A stretch of DNA of 64,000 bases, from positions 1,317-65,316 of the forward strand of contig JAKBBK010000010.1 of the NCBI GenBank assembly GCA_021808525.1, read 5' to 3'. The translations under genes were made by a program, and so were the position numbers. Below the pieces are notes generated by a model. The model did no database searches. It was not told where the DNA came from and saw nothing but the letters and a program-made list of their open reading frames with translations. Shown here piece after piece: positions 1-10,926 of this stretch (the first letter of the stretch is position 1; each line of letters opens with the position of its first letter). This DNA comes from Pseudomonadota bacterium (GTDB taxonomy: Bacteria; Pseudomonadota; Gammaproteobacteria; Burkholderiales; Burkholderiaceae_C).

Positions 1-303
<303 letters not shown>

Positions 304-311
<8 letters not shown>

Positions 312-1497
312 GGCGGTGCCTCCAGGCCATCAGCAGTCCGGCGATGCCGCCGGGGGCGTACAGCGTGACCACCACGAACAGGGCCCCCAGCAGGTACAGC
401 CAGAACTGGGGAAAGGCCACGGTCAGCCAGCTCTTGGCGGCGTTGACCAGTACCGCGCCGAGCATCGGCCCCACCAGGGTGCCGCGCCCGCCGACGGCGG
501 CCCAGATGGCGATCTCGATGGAATTGGCGGGCGACATCTCGCCGGGGTTGATGATGCCCACCTGGGGCGCGTACAGCGCGCCGGCCAGGCCGCACACCAT
601 GGCCGACAGGGTCCACGCGAACAGCTTGAACCACAGGGGCTCGTAGCCGCAGAACATCACCCGGCTCTCGGCATCGCGAATGGCGCTGAGCAGACGCCCG
701 AAGCGCCCCCGCACCAGCCAGCGCAGCAGCAGGAAGCACAGCACCAGGCACAGGCTGGTGGCGGCGAACAACGCCACCGTCATGCCGGCGGTGCCCACCG
801 GCCAGCCCAGCAGCACCTTGAAGTCGGTGAGGCCGTTGTTGCCGCCGAAGCCCGTCTCGTTGCGGAAGAACAGCAGCATGGCCGCATAGGTCAGCGCCTG
901 GGTGATGATGGAAAAGTACACCCCGCGGATGCGCGAGCGAAAGGCGAAGAAACCGAACACGAAGGCCAGCAGCCCGGGCACGGCCAGCGCCAGGAACAAG
1001 GCGTAGGCGAAGTGCTCGGTGCCGGCCCAGTACCAGGGGTACCGGGTCCACTGCATGAACTGCATGAAATCCGGCAGGGTTCCGCTGGCCGCGCTCATGG
1101 CCCGGTTCAGGTACATGCCCATGGCGTAGCCGCCCAGGGCGAAGAACAGCCCGTGGCCCAGCGAGAGGATGCCCCCGTAGCCCCACACCAGGTCCATGGC
1201 CAGCGCGACCATCGCGTAGCACAGGATCTTGCCCGCCAGGCCCACCCAGTAGGACGACAGATGCCAGGCGCTGGCCCGCGGCAGGCCCAGGCTCAGCCAG
1301 GGCACCAGCACGCAACTGGCCAGCACGAACAGGGCCAGCGCCGCCCAGCCCCAGCCGGGCAGAAGGCGGGCGCCGGGTTCCGACGCGAGGGCGCGCGGCG
1401 CGGGGGCGTCGGCACCGGCTCGGGCATCCTCCGCCACCCCGCTGCCCCCGGTGGAAAGACTCGGCGAACTCGACGACATGGCCTCAGCCCTCGACAT
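304..1497 (-). CDS. urtC: Urea ABC transporter permease UrtC
   Basis: Hydrophobic LivM-type permease (GYGGILSLGHGLFFALGGYAMGMYL, FFRNETGFGGNNGLTDF) within the urt operon; true start may be 1479. Confidence 0.9.
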
Positions 1498-3109
1498 GAC
1501 GACCCTTCAGGGCGAACAGGCCCTGGGGACGCTTCTGGATGAACAGGATGATCACGCCCAGCACCGCGATCTTGGCCAGCACCGCGCCGGCCACGCCTTC
1601 CAGCAGGGTGTTGACCACTCCGAGGCCCAGGGCCGCCACCACGGTTCCGCCCAGCTGCCCGACGCCGCCCAGCACCACCACCATGAAGCAGTCCACGATG
1701 TACTGGGTGCCCATCTCCGGGCTGACGTTGCCCACCTGGCTGAGCGCGCAGCCGGCCAGTCCGGCGATACCCGTGCCCAGCCCGAAGGCCAGCCAGTCCA
1801 CGCGCGCGGTGCGCACGCCCACGCAGGCCGCCATCGGCCGGTTCTGGGTCACGGCGCGCACGAACAGGCCCAGGCGGGTACGCCCGATCAGCAGGGCCAT
1901 GGCCAGCAGCACGCAGGCCGTGAATCCCAGGATCACCATGCGGTTGTAGGGGAGGATGAGGTTGGCCATCAGGTGCAGGCCTCCCGACATCCATGGCGGG
2001 TTGTCCACCTGCACGTTCTGCGGCCCGAACACGCTGCGCACGGCCTGGATCAGCAGCAGGCTGATGCCCCAGGTCGCCAGCAGGGTCTCCAGCGGACGCC
2101 CGTAGAGCCGCCGGATCACCACCCGCTCGGCGACCACGCCGACGCCCCCCGCCACCAGGAAGGAACAGGGCACGGCGAGCACCAGCGCGTAGTTCTGCCA
2201 GGCCGGCAGGTAGGCCTGGAACAGGCCCTGCACCACGTAGGTGGCGTAGGCCCCGAGCATGATGAATTCGCCCTGCGCCATGTTGATCACGCCCATCAGG
2301 CCGTAGGTCACCGCCAGCCCCAGCGCCGCCAGCAGCAGGATGCTGCCCAGACTGATGCCGGAGAACAGCATGCCCACGCGCTCGCCCCAGGCCAGGCGGG
2401 CATCGATGGCCCGCAGCGAGGCCTGCACGCGCTGGCGCACGGCGGCATCGGGCTCCACCCAGGCATCGCCGTTGCGCTGCAGGCGGGACAGCAGCAGCGA
2501 GCGCACCGCCGGGTAGTTGCTGGAGGCCAGCTCGCCGGCCGCGGCCAGGCGTTGCGCCGCGTCGCCGTCGCGCAGGCGCGCCGCGGCCACCAGCAGGCGC
2601 AGGCGCTGGCGAATGCCGGCGTCGGTCTCCTGCTTGAGCGCCTGGCGCACCAGCCCGGCGTCGAGCGACTCCGGATCGCCCTCGAGGCGCTGCACCGCCT
2701 GCACTCGCTCGGCGCGCAGCGGCGAAAGCAGCTGCAGCGCGGCGCGCGCGGCCAGCAATTGCTTGCGCAGGTAGTTGTTGTTCACCACCGGCTGCGCGTC
2801 GGGCCCCGGCTTGAGGGCCGCGCCGCTGGCCGCGTCCACCCACTGCCCCTGGTCGCGCATCTCCACCCGGTCGCCGTCGATCTGCACCCGGTTGTCCAGC
2901 AAGGCGCCGAGAAAGCCGCCGAGCCGGGCATCGGGCTGGCGCAGGGCCTGGTGCAGCGCATCCAGGCGCGCCGAGGTGCTGCCCTGGCTCAGCGCCAGCG
3001 CCTGCTGCGCGTCCAGCGCCAGCGCCGGGCGCCACGCCCCCAGGCCCAGGAGCAGGAGCCAGGGCAGGAGCCTGCGCGACAGGCGAATGGCGTGGGCGGG
3101 AGGGAACAT
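1484..3109 (-). CDS. urtB: Urea ABC transporter permease UrtB
   Basis: C-terminal LivH-type permease ([25 protein letters not shown]) after an extended N-terminal periplasmic region; start taken at ATG 3109 (MFPPAHAIR). Confidence 0.9.
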   Translation of the reverse strand: MFPPAHAIRLSRRLLPWLLLLGLGAWRPALALDAQQALALSQGSTSARLDALHQALRQPDARLGGFLGALLDNRVQIDGDRVEMRDQGQWVDAASGAALKPGPDAQPVVNNNYLRKQLLAARAALQLLSPLRAERVQAVQRLEGDPESLDAGLVRQALKQETDAGIRQRLRLLVAAARLRDGDAAQRLAAAGELASSNYPAVRSLLLSRLQRNGDAWVEPDAAVRQRVQASLRAIDARLAWGERVGMLFSGISLGSILLLAALGLAVTYGLMGVINMAQGEFIMLGAYATYVVQGLFQAYLPAWQNYALVLAVPCSFLVAGGVGVVAERVVIRRLYGRPLETLLATWGISLLLIQAVRSVFGPQNVQVDNPPWMSGGLHLMANLILPYNRMVILGFTACVLLAMALLIGRTRLGLFVRAVTQNRPMAACVGVRTARVDWLAFGLGTGIAGLAGCALSQVGNVSPEMGTQYIVDCFMVVVLGGVGQLGGTVVAALGLGVVNTLLEGVAGAVLAKIAVLGVIILFIQKRPQGLFALKGRHVEG

Positions 3110-3150
3110 GGCGTGGCGCTCGGACGACGACGGGCGGAAAGGCAGGCGGC

Positions 3151-4401
3151 TCAGGCCTTCTTGGGCTTGGGGATGTAGGGGCTCCAGGATTCCCCGGGCA
3201 CCAGGCCCTTGGACTTCCACACCACGTCGAACTGGCCGTCGGCACGCACCTGGCCGATGAGCACCGGCTTGCTCAGGTACTGGTTCTCCAGCACCTCGAC
3301 GGTGTAGCCGTCGGGGGCGGCGAACTTCTGCCCCACCAGGGCCTTGCGCACCGCGTCGACCTTCGTGGATTTGGCCTTCTCCACCGCCTGCTTCCACATG
3401 TGAAGGCCGATATACGAGGCCTCCATGGGATCGTCGGTGACCGGGTAGTCCTTCAGGCCCTTGGCCTTCACCCAGGACTTCCAGGACTTGACGAACTTGT
3501 CGTTGGTGGGATTCTTCAGGGATTCGTAGTAGTTCCACGCGGTGAGCTGGCCCACCAGGGGCTTGCAGTCGATGCCGGCCAGTTCCTGCTCGGCCACCGA
3601 GAAGCCCACCACGGGGATGTCGGTGGCCTTGATGCCCTGGTTGCCCAGTTCCTTGTAGAAGGGCACGTTGGAGTCGCCGTTGATGGTCGAGATCACGCAG
3701 GTCGGCCCCGCGGAGGCGAATTTCTTGATCTGCGCGACGATGTTCTGGTAGTTGCTGAAGCCGAAGGGTGTGTAGACCTCGGCGATGTCGCTGTCCTTGA
3801 CCCCCTTGGAGTGCAGGAAGCCGCGCAGGATGGCGTTCGTGGTCCGTGGGTACACGTAATCGGTGCCCAGCAGGAAAAAGCGCTTGGCTCCGCCGCCGTC
3901 CTGGCTCATCAGGTATTCGGTGGCGGGAATGGCCTGCTGGTTGGGCGCGGCCCCCGTGTACACCACATGCGGATCCTGTTCCTGGCCTTCGAACTGCACC
4001 GGGTAGAACAGCAGCCCGTTGAGTTCGTCGAGCACCGGCAGCACCGACTTGCGCGACACCGAGGTCCAGCAGCCGAAGATGGCCGCCACCTTGTCCTGGG
4101 AGATCAGTTGCCGGGCCTTCTCGGCGAACAGCGGCCAGTTCGAGGCCGGATCCACCACCACCGGCTCGATGGGGTGCCCGTCCACGCCGCCAGCGGCGTT
4201 GATCTCGGCGATGGTCATCAGGTCCACGTCCTTCAGCGCGGTCTCCGAGATCGCCATGGTTCCCGACAGAGAGTGCAGGATCCCCACCTTGATCGGCGAC
4301 TTGCGCGCGGCGATCGCGGGAAAGGGCAGGCTGCTGGCCGCGACGGTGGCGGCTGCCGCGCCCAGGGTCTTGATGGCATTGCGACGGTCCATGCTGGTCA
4401 T
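3151..4401 (-). CDS. urtA: Urea ABC transporter substrate-binding protein UrtA
   Basis: [46 protein letters not shown] are typical UrtA/AmiC-family motifs; twin-Arg leader MDRRNAIK; start is 4401 or 4392. Confidence 0.93.
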   Translation of the reverse strand: MTSMDRRNAIKTLGAAAATVAASSLPFPAIAARKSPIKVGILHSLSGTMAISETALKDVDLMTIAEINAAGGVDGHPIEPVVVDPASNWPLFAEKARQLISQDKVAAIFGCWTSVSRKSVLPVLDELNGLLFYPVQFEGQEQDPHVVYTGAAPNQQAIPATEYLMSQDGGGAKRFFLLGTDYVYPRTTNAILRGFLHSKGVKDSDIAEVYTPFGFSNYQNIVAQIKKFASAGPTCVISTINGDSNVPFYKELGNQGIKATDIPVVGFSVAEQELAGIDCKPLVGQLTAWNYYESLKNPTNDKFVKSWKSWVKAKGLKDYPVTDDPMEASYIGLHMWKQAVEKAKSTKVDAVRKALVGQKFAAPDGYTVEVLENQYLSKPVLIGQVRADGQFDVVWKSKGLVPGESWSPYIPKPKKA

Positions 4402-4435
4402 CCTGTTCAAGGGGTTCAAGGGATGCCGGGGTTTT

Positions 4436-4451
4436 TGCAAGTCCCGTGCCA
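4436..4451 (-). promoter_or_regulatory. sigma54 (-24/-12) promoter for urtABCD
   Basis: Minus strand reads TGGCACG-GGAC-TTGCA, a perfect match to TGGCACG-N4-TTGCW, ~35 nt upstream of urtA. Confidence 0.85.
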
Positions 4452-4549
4452 CGCACCGCTCGTGCTGGCTGCCGGCGGGCCGGGGTGGATGAGCGCGCCA
4501 CGCGCGCGCGTATCGTGCGCGCGTGCCGCGCCCGAGGCCCGGGGTCCGC

Positions 4550-4594
4550 GCACCGGCGCTGGGCACGCGCTGCATGCGTGCACCGCGGTCGTGC
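4550..4594. promoter_or_regulatory. Tandem NtrC-like enhancer sites
   Basis: GCAC-cggcgct-GGGC (4550-4564) and GCAC-cgcggtc-GTGC (4580-4594) match GCAC-N7-GTGC with 1 and 0 mismatches, 30 bp apart; a weaker third site lies at 4626-4640. Confidence 0.65.
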
Positions 4595-4670
4595 GCCAGC
4601 GCACCGCGACGCGCAAGCCGCTTGCGCCCGATGCGGGTGCGCCCCGCCCCGCGCCACGCACCAAGGCGGC

Positions 4671-4686
4671 GGGTACGGTTCTTGCC
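4671..4686 (+). promoter_or_regulatory. sigma54 (-24/-12) promoter for ureABCEFG
   Basis: GGGTACG-GTTC-TTGCC gives GG-N10-GC (GG 4672-73, GC 4684-85), 45 nt upstream of ureA. Confidence 0.7.
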
Positions 4687-4729
4687 ACGGTGCATGCATC
4701 CCGCATTGCCTGCCCGGAGAAGCCCGACC

Positions 4730-5032
<303 letters not shown>

Positions 5033-5088
5033 ATGCCTCGCCTGCCTCCCCACCCGAACCCATCCCCCGCGCCCGAGGAGCCCCCAGC

Positions 5089-5397
5089 ATGTACCCCGGA
5101 GAAACCCTCTGCGCCGACGGCGAGCTCGAGCTCAACCCCGGTCGCCCTCGCCTGCAGCTCATCGTGCACAACACCGGCGACCGCCCCATCCAGGTCGGCT
5201 CGCACTATCACTTCGCCGAGACCAACCCGGCGCTGGGCTTCGACCGTGGCGCGGCGCGCGGCATGCGACTGGACATCGCCAGCGGCACCGCGGTGCGCTT
5301 CGAGCCCGGCCAGCAGCGCACGGTGTCCCTGGTGCCCCTGGGAGGCCGGCGTCGGGTGTTCGGCTTTCGCGGCGAGGTGATGGGAGACCTGGCATGA
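5089..5397 (+). CDS. ureB: Urease beta subunit
   Basis: MYPGE...[22 protein letters not shown]...[16 protein letters not shown], 102 aa; ATGA overlap with ureC. Confidence 0.97.
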   Translation: MYPGETLCADGELELNPGRPRLQLIVHNTGDRPIQVGSHYHFAETNPALGFDRGAARGMRLDIASGTAVRFEPGQQRTVSLVPLGGRRRVFGFRGEVMGDLA

Positions 5398-7142
5398 GCA
5401 CGATCTCCCGCCGCGCCTACGCGGAGATGTTCGGGCCCACCGTGGGCGACCGCCTGCGCCTGGCCGACACCGGGCTGTTCATCGAGGTCGAACAGGACTA
5501 CACCCTGCGCGCCGGAGGCTACGGCGAGGAGGTCAAGTTCGGCGGCGGCAAGACCATCCGCGACGGCATGGGCCAGGGCCAGGCCACGCGCGCCGAAGGC
5601 GCCATGGATCTGGTGATCACCAACGCGCTGATCCTCGACCACTGGGGCATCGTCAAGGCCGACGTGGGCCTGCGCGGCCAGCGCATCGCGGCCATCGGCA
5701 AGGCCGGCAACCCCGACGTGCAGCCGGGGGTGGACATGGTCATCGGCCCCGGTACCGAGATCCTCGCCGGCGAGGGCATGATCCTCACGGCCGGAGGCAT
5801 CGACTCGCATATCCACTTCATCTGCCCGCAGCAGATCGACGAAGCCCTGATGAGCGGGGTCACCACCATGCTGGGGGGCGGAACCGGGCCGGCCACGGGA
5901 ACCAACGCCACCACCTGCACGCCGGGCCCGGAGAACCTGGCGCGCATGCTGCAGGCGGCCGAGGCCTTCCCCATGAACCTGGGCTTCTACGGCAAGGGCA
6001 ACGCCAGCCGCCTGGATCCCCTGCGCGAGCAACTCGACGCCGGGGCCGTCGGGCTGAAGCTGCACGAGGACTGGGGCACCACGCCCCAGGCCATCGACAC
6101 CTGCCTGGAGGCGGCCGAGCAGGCCGACGTGCAGGTGGCCATCCACACCGACACGCTCAACGAGTCCGGCTTCGTCGAGGACACCATCGCCGCCTTCAAG
6201 GGGCGCACCATCCACACCTTCCACACCGAGGGCGCCGGCGGAGGCCACGCGCCCGACATCCTGCGCGTGCTGGGCGAGTCCAACGTACTGCCCTCGTCGA
6301 CCAACCCGACGCGGCCCTACACGGTCAACACCATCGACGAGCACCTGGACATGCTGATGGTGTGCCACCACCTGGACGCCACCATCGCCGAGGACCTGGC
6401 CTTCGCCGAGAGTCGCATCCGGCGCGAGACCATCGCCGCGGAGGACATCCTGCACGACCTCGGCGCCATCAGCATCATGTCCAGCGACAGCCAGGCCATG
6501 GGACGGGTCGGCGAGGTGATCCTGCGTACCTGGCAGACGGCGCACAAGATGAAGGCCCAGCGCGGCTGGCTGGCGCCTCCCGCGGGCGCGGGCCTGGACG
6601 GGGTGTGCGACAACGCGCGCAACGACAATTTCCGCGCCCGGCGCTATGTCGCCAAGTACACCATCAACCCGGCGCTGGCCCATGGCATCGCGCACGAAGT
6701 GGGATCGGTGCAGCCGGGCAAGTGGGCCGACCTGGTGCTGTGGCGCCCGGGCTTCTTCGGCATCAAGCCCAGCGTGGTGCTCAAGGGCGGCTTCATCGCC
6801 GCGGCGCTGATGGGCGACGCCAATGCCTCGATCCCCACGCCCCAGCCGGTGCATGCGCGGCCCATGTTCGGCGCCTTCGGCGGCGCGCCGGCCTCGACCT
6901 CGCTGAGCTTCGTGTCGCAGGCCGCGCTGGCCGCGGGCATCGGCGCGCGCCTGGGGCTGCGCAAGACCCTGAGCGCGGTGCGGGGCTGCCGCACGGTGCG
7001 CAAGCAGGACATGGTGCACAACGCCTACACCCCGGTCATGCAGGTCGACGCCCAGACCTATGAGGTGCGCGCGGACGGGGTGCTGCTGCGATGCGAGCCG
7101 GCGCAGACGCTGCCCATGGCCCAGCGCTATTTCCTGTTCTGA
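5394..7142 (+). CDS. ureC: Urease alpha (catalytic) subunit
   Basis: Ni ligands and catalytic motifs intact: [52 protein letters not shown]. Confidence 0.98.
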   Translation: MSTISRRAYAEMFGPTVGDRLRLADTGLFIEVEQDYTLRAGGYGEEVKFGGGKTIRDGMGQGQATRAEGAMDLVITNALILDHWGIVKADVGLRGQRIAAIGKAGNPDVQPGVDMVIGPGTEILAGEGMILTAGGIDSHIHFICPQQIDEALMSGVTTMLGGGTGPATGTNATTCTPGPENLARMLQAAEAFPMNLGFYGKGNASRLDPLREQLDAGAVGLKLHEDWGTTPQAIDTCLEAAEQADVQVAIHTDTLNESGFVEDTIAAFKGRTIHTFHTEGAGGGHAPDILRVLGESNVLPSSTNPTRPYTVNTIDEHLDMLMVCHHLDATIAEDLAFAESRIRRETIAAEDILHDLGAISIMSSDSQAMGRVGEVILRTWQTAHKMKAQRGWLAPPAGAGLDGVCDNARNDNFRARRYVAKYTINPALAHGIAHEVGSVQPGKWADLVLWRPGFFGIKPSVVLKGGFIAAALMGDANASIPTPQPVHARPMFGAFGGAPASTSLSFVSQAALAAGIGARLGLRKTLSAVRGCRTVRKQDMVHNAYTPVMQVDAQTYEVRADGVLLRCEPAQTLPMAQRYFLF

Positions 7143-7147
7143 ACGCC

Positions 7148-7726
7148 ATGCCCGCCACAAGACTGCAGGTCGACAAGCGCATCCCCGGGGGGCAGGGCCT
7201 GGCCCGCAGCCTGCTGGAGCGCGCCCCGGTGCTGTGCCTGGACTGGGACACCCGCTCGCGCAGCCGCTTCGCCACGCGCGACAGCCTGGGCCGCGAGCTG
7301 GCGGTGTTCCTGCCCCGCGGCAGCGTGCTGCGCGACGGGGATGCACTGGTCGCGGCCGACGGTTCGCTGCTGCGCGTGCGGGCCTCCGCTCAGGCGGTGC
7401 TGCAGGTGCGCGCGCGGGACGCCCTGCTGCTGCTGCGCGCCGCCTACCACCTGGGCAATCGCCACGTGCCCCTGCAGCTGGCGCCCGGCCTGCTGCAACT
7501 CGAACCCGACCCCGTGCTGGCCGGGATGCTGCGGCGCATGGGCCTGCACACCGTCGAGGCGATGGCGGCCTTCGAGCCGGAGGCCGGCGCCTACGACGGA
7601 GCGCACGGTCACGGTCACGGTCACGGTCACGACCACGACCACGACCACGAGCATGAGCATGAGCATGAGCATGAGCACGAGCATGAGCATGAGCATGAGC
7701 ATGAGCGCGAGCACCGACACGGTTGA
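7148..7726 (+). CDS. ureE: Urease accessory nickel chaperone UreE with long His-rich tail
   Basis: LDWDTRSRSRF, AAYHLGNRHVPLQL, FEPEAGAY motifs followed by an (HG)4(HD)3(HE)10 tail. Confidence 0.95.
   Translation: MPATRLQVDKRIPGGQGLARSLLERAPVLCLDWDTRSRSRFATRDSLGRELAVFLPRGSVLRDGDALVAADGSLLRVRASAQAVLQVRARDALLLLRAAYHLGNRHVPLQLAPGLLQLEPDPVLAGMLRRMGLHTVEAMAAFEPEAGAYDGAHGHGHGHGHDHDHDHEHEHEHEHEHEHEHEHEHEREHRHG
7604..7723 (+). repeat. Hexanucleotide tandem repeat encoding the UreE His-X tail
   Basis: (CACGGT)x4 (CACGAC)x3 CACGAG (CATGAG)x4 CACGAG (CATGAG)x4, then a degenerate end; 19 His codons. Confidence 0.95.
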
Positions 7727-7730
7727 GGCC

Positions 7731-8450
7731 ATGCCCGGCAGCACATGCCCTCCATCGGCCGACGGCCTTCCCGCGCCGGAGCTGGCGATGATGTGGCTGT
7801 CCTCCCCGGCGCTGCCGGTGGGGGGATTCAGCTACTCCGAGGGCCTGGAGGCGGCGGTGGACGCTGGCGTGGTGCTCGACGAAGCCGCGGCGCTGCGCTG
7901 GCTGCGTGGTCAGCTGCAGCTGGTGCTGGCGCGCGCCGAGCTGCCGGCCGCCGCGCGCGCCCACGCGGCCTGGCTCGCCGACGACCTGGCGGTCCTGCGC
8001 GAGGTGCAGACCTGGGTGCTGAGCACCCGCGAGACCGCCGAGCTGCGCCTGCAAAGCCAGCAGATGGGGCGCTCGATGCTGGACTGGCTGGCCCGCCTGC
8101 TGCCCGGGCATGCGCTGCTGCAACGGGCGGCGCGCCTGGGCGCGCCGCCCTGCTGGCCCCTGGGCTTCGCGCTCGGCGCCTGCGCGCTGGGCCTCGACTC
8201 CGGCCGCATGCTCCATGCGCTGGGCTTCGCCTGGCTGGACAACCAGGTCCAGGCCGCGCTGCGCGCCGTGCCCCTGGGCCAGAGCAGCGGCCAGCGCCTG
8301 CTGCATGCGCTGTCGCAGGACCTTCCCGCCGCGGTGGCGCGGGCGCTGGAACTGCGCGAGCACCCCGAGCGGTGGCAGAGTTTTTCCCCCATGCTGGCCG
8401 TGCTCAGCGCACGCCACGAAACCCAGTACTCCCGACTGTTCCGATCCTGA
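7731..8450 (+). CDS. ureF: Urease accessory protein UreF
   Basis: [18 protein letters not shown] and C-terminal [12 protein letters not shown]. Confidence 0.95.
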   Translation: MPGSTCPPSADGLPAPELAMMWLSSPALPVGGFSYSEGLEAAVDAGVVLDEAAALRWLRGQLQLVLARAELPAAARAHAAWLADDLAVLREVQTWVLSTRETAELRLQSQQMGRSMLDWLARLLPGHALLQRAARLGAPPCWPLGFALGACALGLDSGRMLHALGFAWLDNQVQAALRAVPLGQSSGQRLLHALSQDLPAAVARALELREHPERWQSFSPMLAVLSARHETQYSRLFRS

Positions 8451-8458
8451 GGTCCGCC

Positions 8459-9142
8459 ATGAGCACCCTGCCCGCATCCCCCGAGCCTTCCGTCCATGCG
8501 CTGCACCATGTGCGCGGGCGCAGCAAGCGCCTGCCTCCCCTGCGGGTGGGCATCGGCGGCCCCGTGGGCTCGGGCAAGACCACCTTGCTGGAAATGCTGT
8601 GCAAGGCCCTGCGCGAACGCTACGACCTGGTGGTGATCACCAACGACATCTACACCCGCGAGGACCAGCGCCTGCTCACCGTCGCCGGTGCGCTGGAGCC
8701 CGAGCGCATCGAGGGCGTGGAGACGGGAGGCTGCCCGCACACGGCGATCCGCGAGGACGCCTCGGTGAACCTGGAAGCCGTGGACCGCATGCTCGAGCGC
8801 TACCCCGACGCCGACATCGTGTTCATCGAATCCGGCGGCGACAATCTGGCCGCCACCTTCAGCCCCGAGCTGTCGGACCTGACCCTGTACGTGATCGACG
8901 TGGCCGGAGGCGAGAAAATCCCCCGCAAGGGCGGCCCGGGCATCACCCGCAGCGACCTGTTCGTGATCAACAAGATCGACCTGGCGCCCCATGTCGGCGC
9001 CAATCTGGACATCATGCGCGCCGACACCGAGCGCATGCGCCCCGGCAAGCCCTACGCGATGACCAACCTCAAGACCCTGCAAGGCCTGCAGGACGTCATC
9101 GCCTTCATCGAGACCCGCGGCCTGCTGTCCTGCTCAGGTTGA
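8459..9142 (+). CDS. ureG: Urease accessory GTPase UreG
   Basis: [12 protein letters not shown]-loop, [14 protein letters not shown] (CPH), ESGGDNL, INKID. Confidence 0.97.
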   Translation: MSTLPASPEPSVHALHHVRGRSKRLPPLRVGIGGPVGSGKTTLLEMLCKALRERYDLVVITNDIYTREDQRLLTVAGALEPERIEGVETGGCPHTAIREDASVNLEAVDRMLERYPDADIVFIESGGDNLAATFSPELSDLTLYVIDVAGGEKIPRKGGPGITRSDLFVINKIDLAPHVGANLDIMRADTERMRPGKPYAMTNLKTLQGLQDVIAFIETRGLLSCSG

Positions 9143-9994
9143 CCACACGCGGGGCGCGCAGGCCTCCAGCCCCCAGGCCTGGGCGCGCCAGGCGGCCCAT
9201 GTGCCGCGCAGCAGGCGGGCCACCGGCTCGATGCGCTGGGCCATCGCCCGCAGCACCAGCACCCCGGGCTGCGGCGAGCTGACGCCCGCGCGCAGGCCCT
9301 CGGGCAGCAGCGCCACGAGGGCGCGCGCGGTCTCCAGCAAGGCCTCGCGGCGCGCGGCGTCCAGGGCAGTGCCGGCAGCCAGCAGCAGCGTGCCCAGCGC
9401 GGCCTGCCCGTCCAGGCCGCCCGGCGCCTGGCGCAGCACGAGATCCTCGCCGTCGATACGCCCGCGCTCCAGCCACAGGCCGGGGATCTCCAGGTGCTGG
9501 GTGAAACTGCCGCGCGTGAAGGCGTCGCCGGCGGCGGGGCGTCCCAGCGCGAGCATGTCCCAGGCCATCATCTCCGCTCCCGGTGCCAGCTCGAACACGG
9601 CACGGTTCTCCGCGATGCAATCCTCGTAGGCCAGGCTTTCCAGGGGCAGCCACTCCAGGCGCGCGCCTTCGGCCACGCGCGCGTGCAGGGTCTGCGACGC
9701 GCTCGCACCCAGACTGCGGTAAAAGCGCGTGGCGCCCGGCGTGGTCAGCAGCGCATGCGCGCCGGCCTGCAGATCCAGATCCACGCGCACGCTGTCGCCA
9801 CCGGCCATGCCGGCGGGAGGATGCACCAGCACATGGTGGCACACCGCGTCGCCTTCCGGGTACAGGGCCGCCAGCACGCGCAGCGCGCCCTCGTGCAGGT
9901 GCCAGGCGCTGGTGCGCCCCTGGCGCAGGGTGTAGCGCAGTCGCAGGCGCGATTCCCAGCCGGTCGCGGCGTCGGGGTGGATCCGTTCGAGCAT
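9134..9994 (-). CDS. ureD: Urease accessory protein UreD/UreH
   Basis: [41 protein letters not shown]; convergent with ureG, 3' ends overlap by 9 bp. Confidence 0.92.
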   Translation of the reverse strand: MLERIHPDAATGWESRLRLRYTLRQGRTSAWHLHEGALRVLAALYPEGDAVCHHVLVHPPAGMAGGDSVRVDLDLQAGAHALLTTPGATRFYRSLGASASQTLHARVAEGARLEWLPLESLAYEDCIAENRAVFELAPGAEMMAWDMLALGRPAAGDAFTRGSFTQHLEIPGLWLERGRIDGEDLVLRQAPGGLDGQAALGTLLLAAGTALDAARREALLETARALVALLPEGLRAGVSSPQPGVLVLRAMAQRIEPVARLLRGTWAAWRAQAWGLEACAPRVWST

Positions 9995-10001
9995 GCGCGC
10001 C

Positions 10002-10838
10002 TCAGCCTCCCTGCACGGCGCCGAAGACCTTGCGCACCAGCGCCGAGCCTGCGGCCGCGGGGTCGGCGCGGATGGACTTCTCCTCGTCGCCGATGGCCTG
10101 GTACAGCCTGTCCAGCGCCTGCTGGGTCACGTATTGATCGATGCTGGCCTGATCCTGCCGCACCAGGCCGAAGCGCGCCGCCTCGGAGGCGTACTGGTCG
10201 TAGGTCTGCGCCAGTCCCACCTTGCGGGTCTGCTGGTGCACGATGGGCAGGAAGCTGCGCTGCAGCTGGGACTGGGTCTTGGCGCGGAAATAGTCGGTGG
10301 CGGCGTGGTCGCCACCGGTGAGGATGTTCTTGGCGTCGGTGATGCTCATCTGGCGCACGGCGGACACCAGCAGCGAGCGGGCCTCGGGCACCGCGGCCTC
10401 CGCGGCGCGGTTCATGGCCAGCTGCAAGGCGTCGGCCTGCGCGCCCAGGCCGGCCATGCGCATCAGGCTGGAGGCCTGCTGCAGCGCGGGCGGCAGGGGA
10501 ATGCGCCACTGCGGGCTGCCCCAGAATCCGTCGCGCCGGCCCAGGGTGGACACCGCCACGTCCACGCCCCGCCCCAGCGCGTCCTTCAGGCCCTGGCCCA
10601 CCTGGCTGTCGCTGAGCGCACCCAGCTGCGCCCCGCCCGGCGCGGGCGCGGGGCCCGCACCGGGGGAGGCGGCGGCGCTGCCCCCGAGCCCGCCGGGCAA
10701 CCCGCCCGGCAGGGCGCCGCCGAGCTGCTTTTGCAACTGGCCGAGATCCAGGCTCCAGGCCCTTGCGGCCGGCCAGGCGCAGGCCGCGCCCACGGCGCCG
10801 AGCAAGCACGCGCGACGCGCGCCATCCCACCGATTCAT
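10002..10838 (-). CDS. Exported protein of unknown function, DUF4197-like
   Basis: RR-containing signal peptide, Gly/Pro linker, then GLKDALGRGVDVAVSTLGRRDGFWG...MNRAAEAA...ITDAKNILTGGDHAATDYF...IGDEEKSIRADP (family recognised from memory). Confidence 0.78.
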   Translation of the reverse strand: MNRWDGARRACLLGAVGAACAWPAARAWSLDLGQLQKQLGGALPGGLPGGLGGSAAASPGAGPAPAPGGAQLGALSDSQVGQGLKDALGRGVDVAVSTLGRRDGFWGSPQWRIPLPPALQQASSLMRMAGLGAQADALQLAMNRAAEAAVPEARSLLVSAVRQMSITDAKNILTGGDHAATDYFRAKTQSQLQRSFLPIVHQQTRKVGLAQTYDQYASEAARFGLVRQDQASIDQYVTQQALDRLYQAIGDEEKSIRADPAAAGSALVRKVFGAVQGG

Positions 10839-10909
10839 GTCAGGCTCCCCGGCGCGCTCCCGCCCACGGCAGGCCGGCGCGCCCTTTGCACATCATCCGA
10901 TCCACGGCT

Positions 10910-10925
10910 AGCAAAAGCCATGCCG
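10910..10925 (-). promoter_or_regulatory. sigma54 (-24/-12) promoter for the DUF4197-ureD pair
   Basis: Minus strand reads CGGCATG-GCTT-TTGCT (GG-N10-GC with GGCAYG and TTGCW) in the 88-bp intergenic gap, immediately after the upstream gene's stop. Confidence 0.7.
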
Positions 10926-10926
10926 A

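Noticed and set aside
7604-7723. Tandem repeat as a CRISPR array or non-coding repeat
   Set aside because: 6-bp period with no spacers, in frame in ureE; no cas genes in the window.
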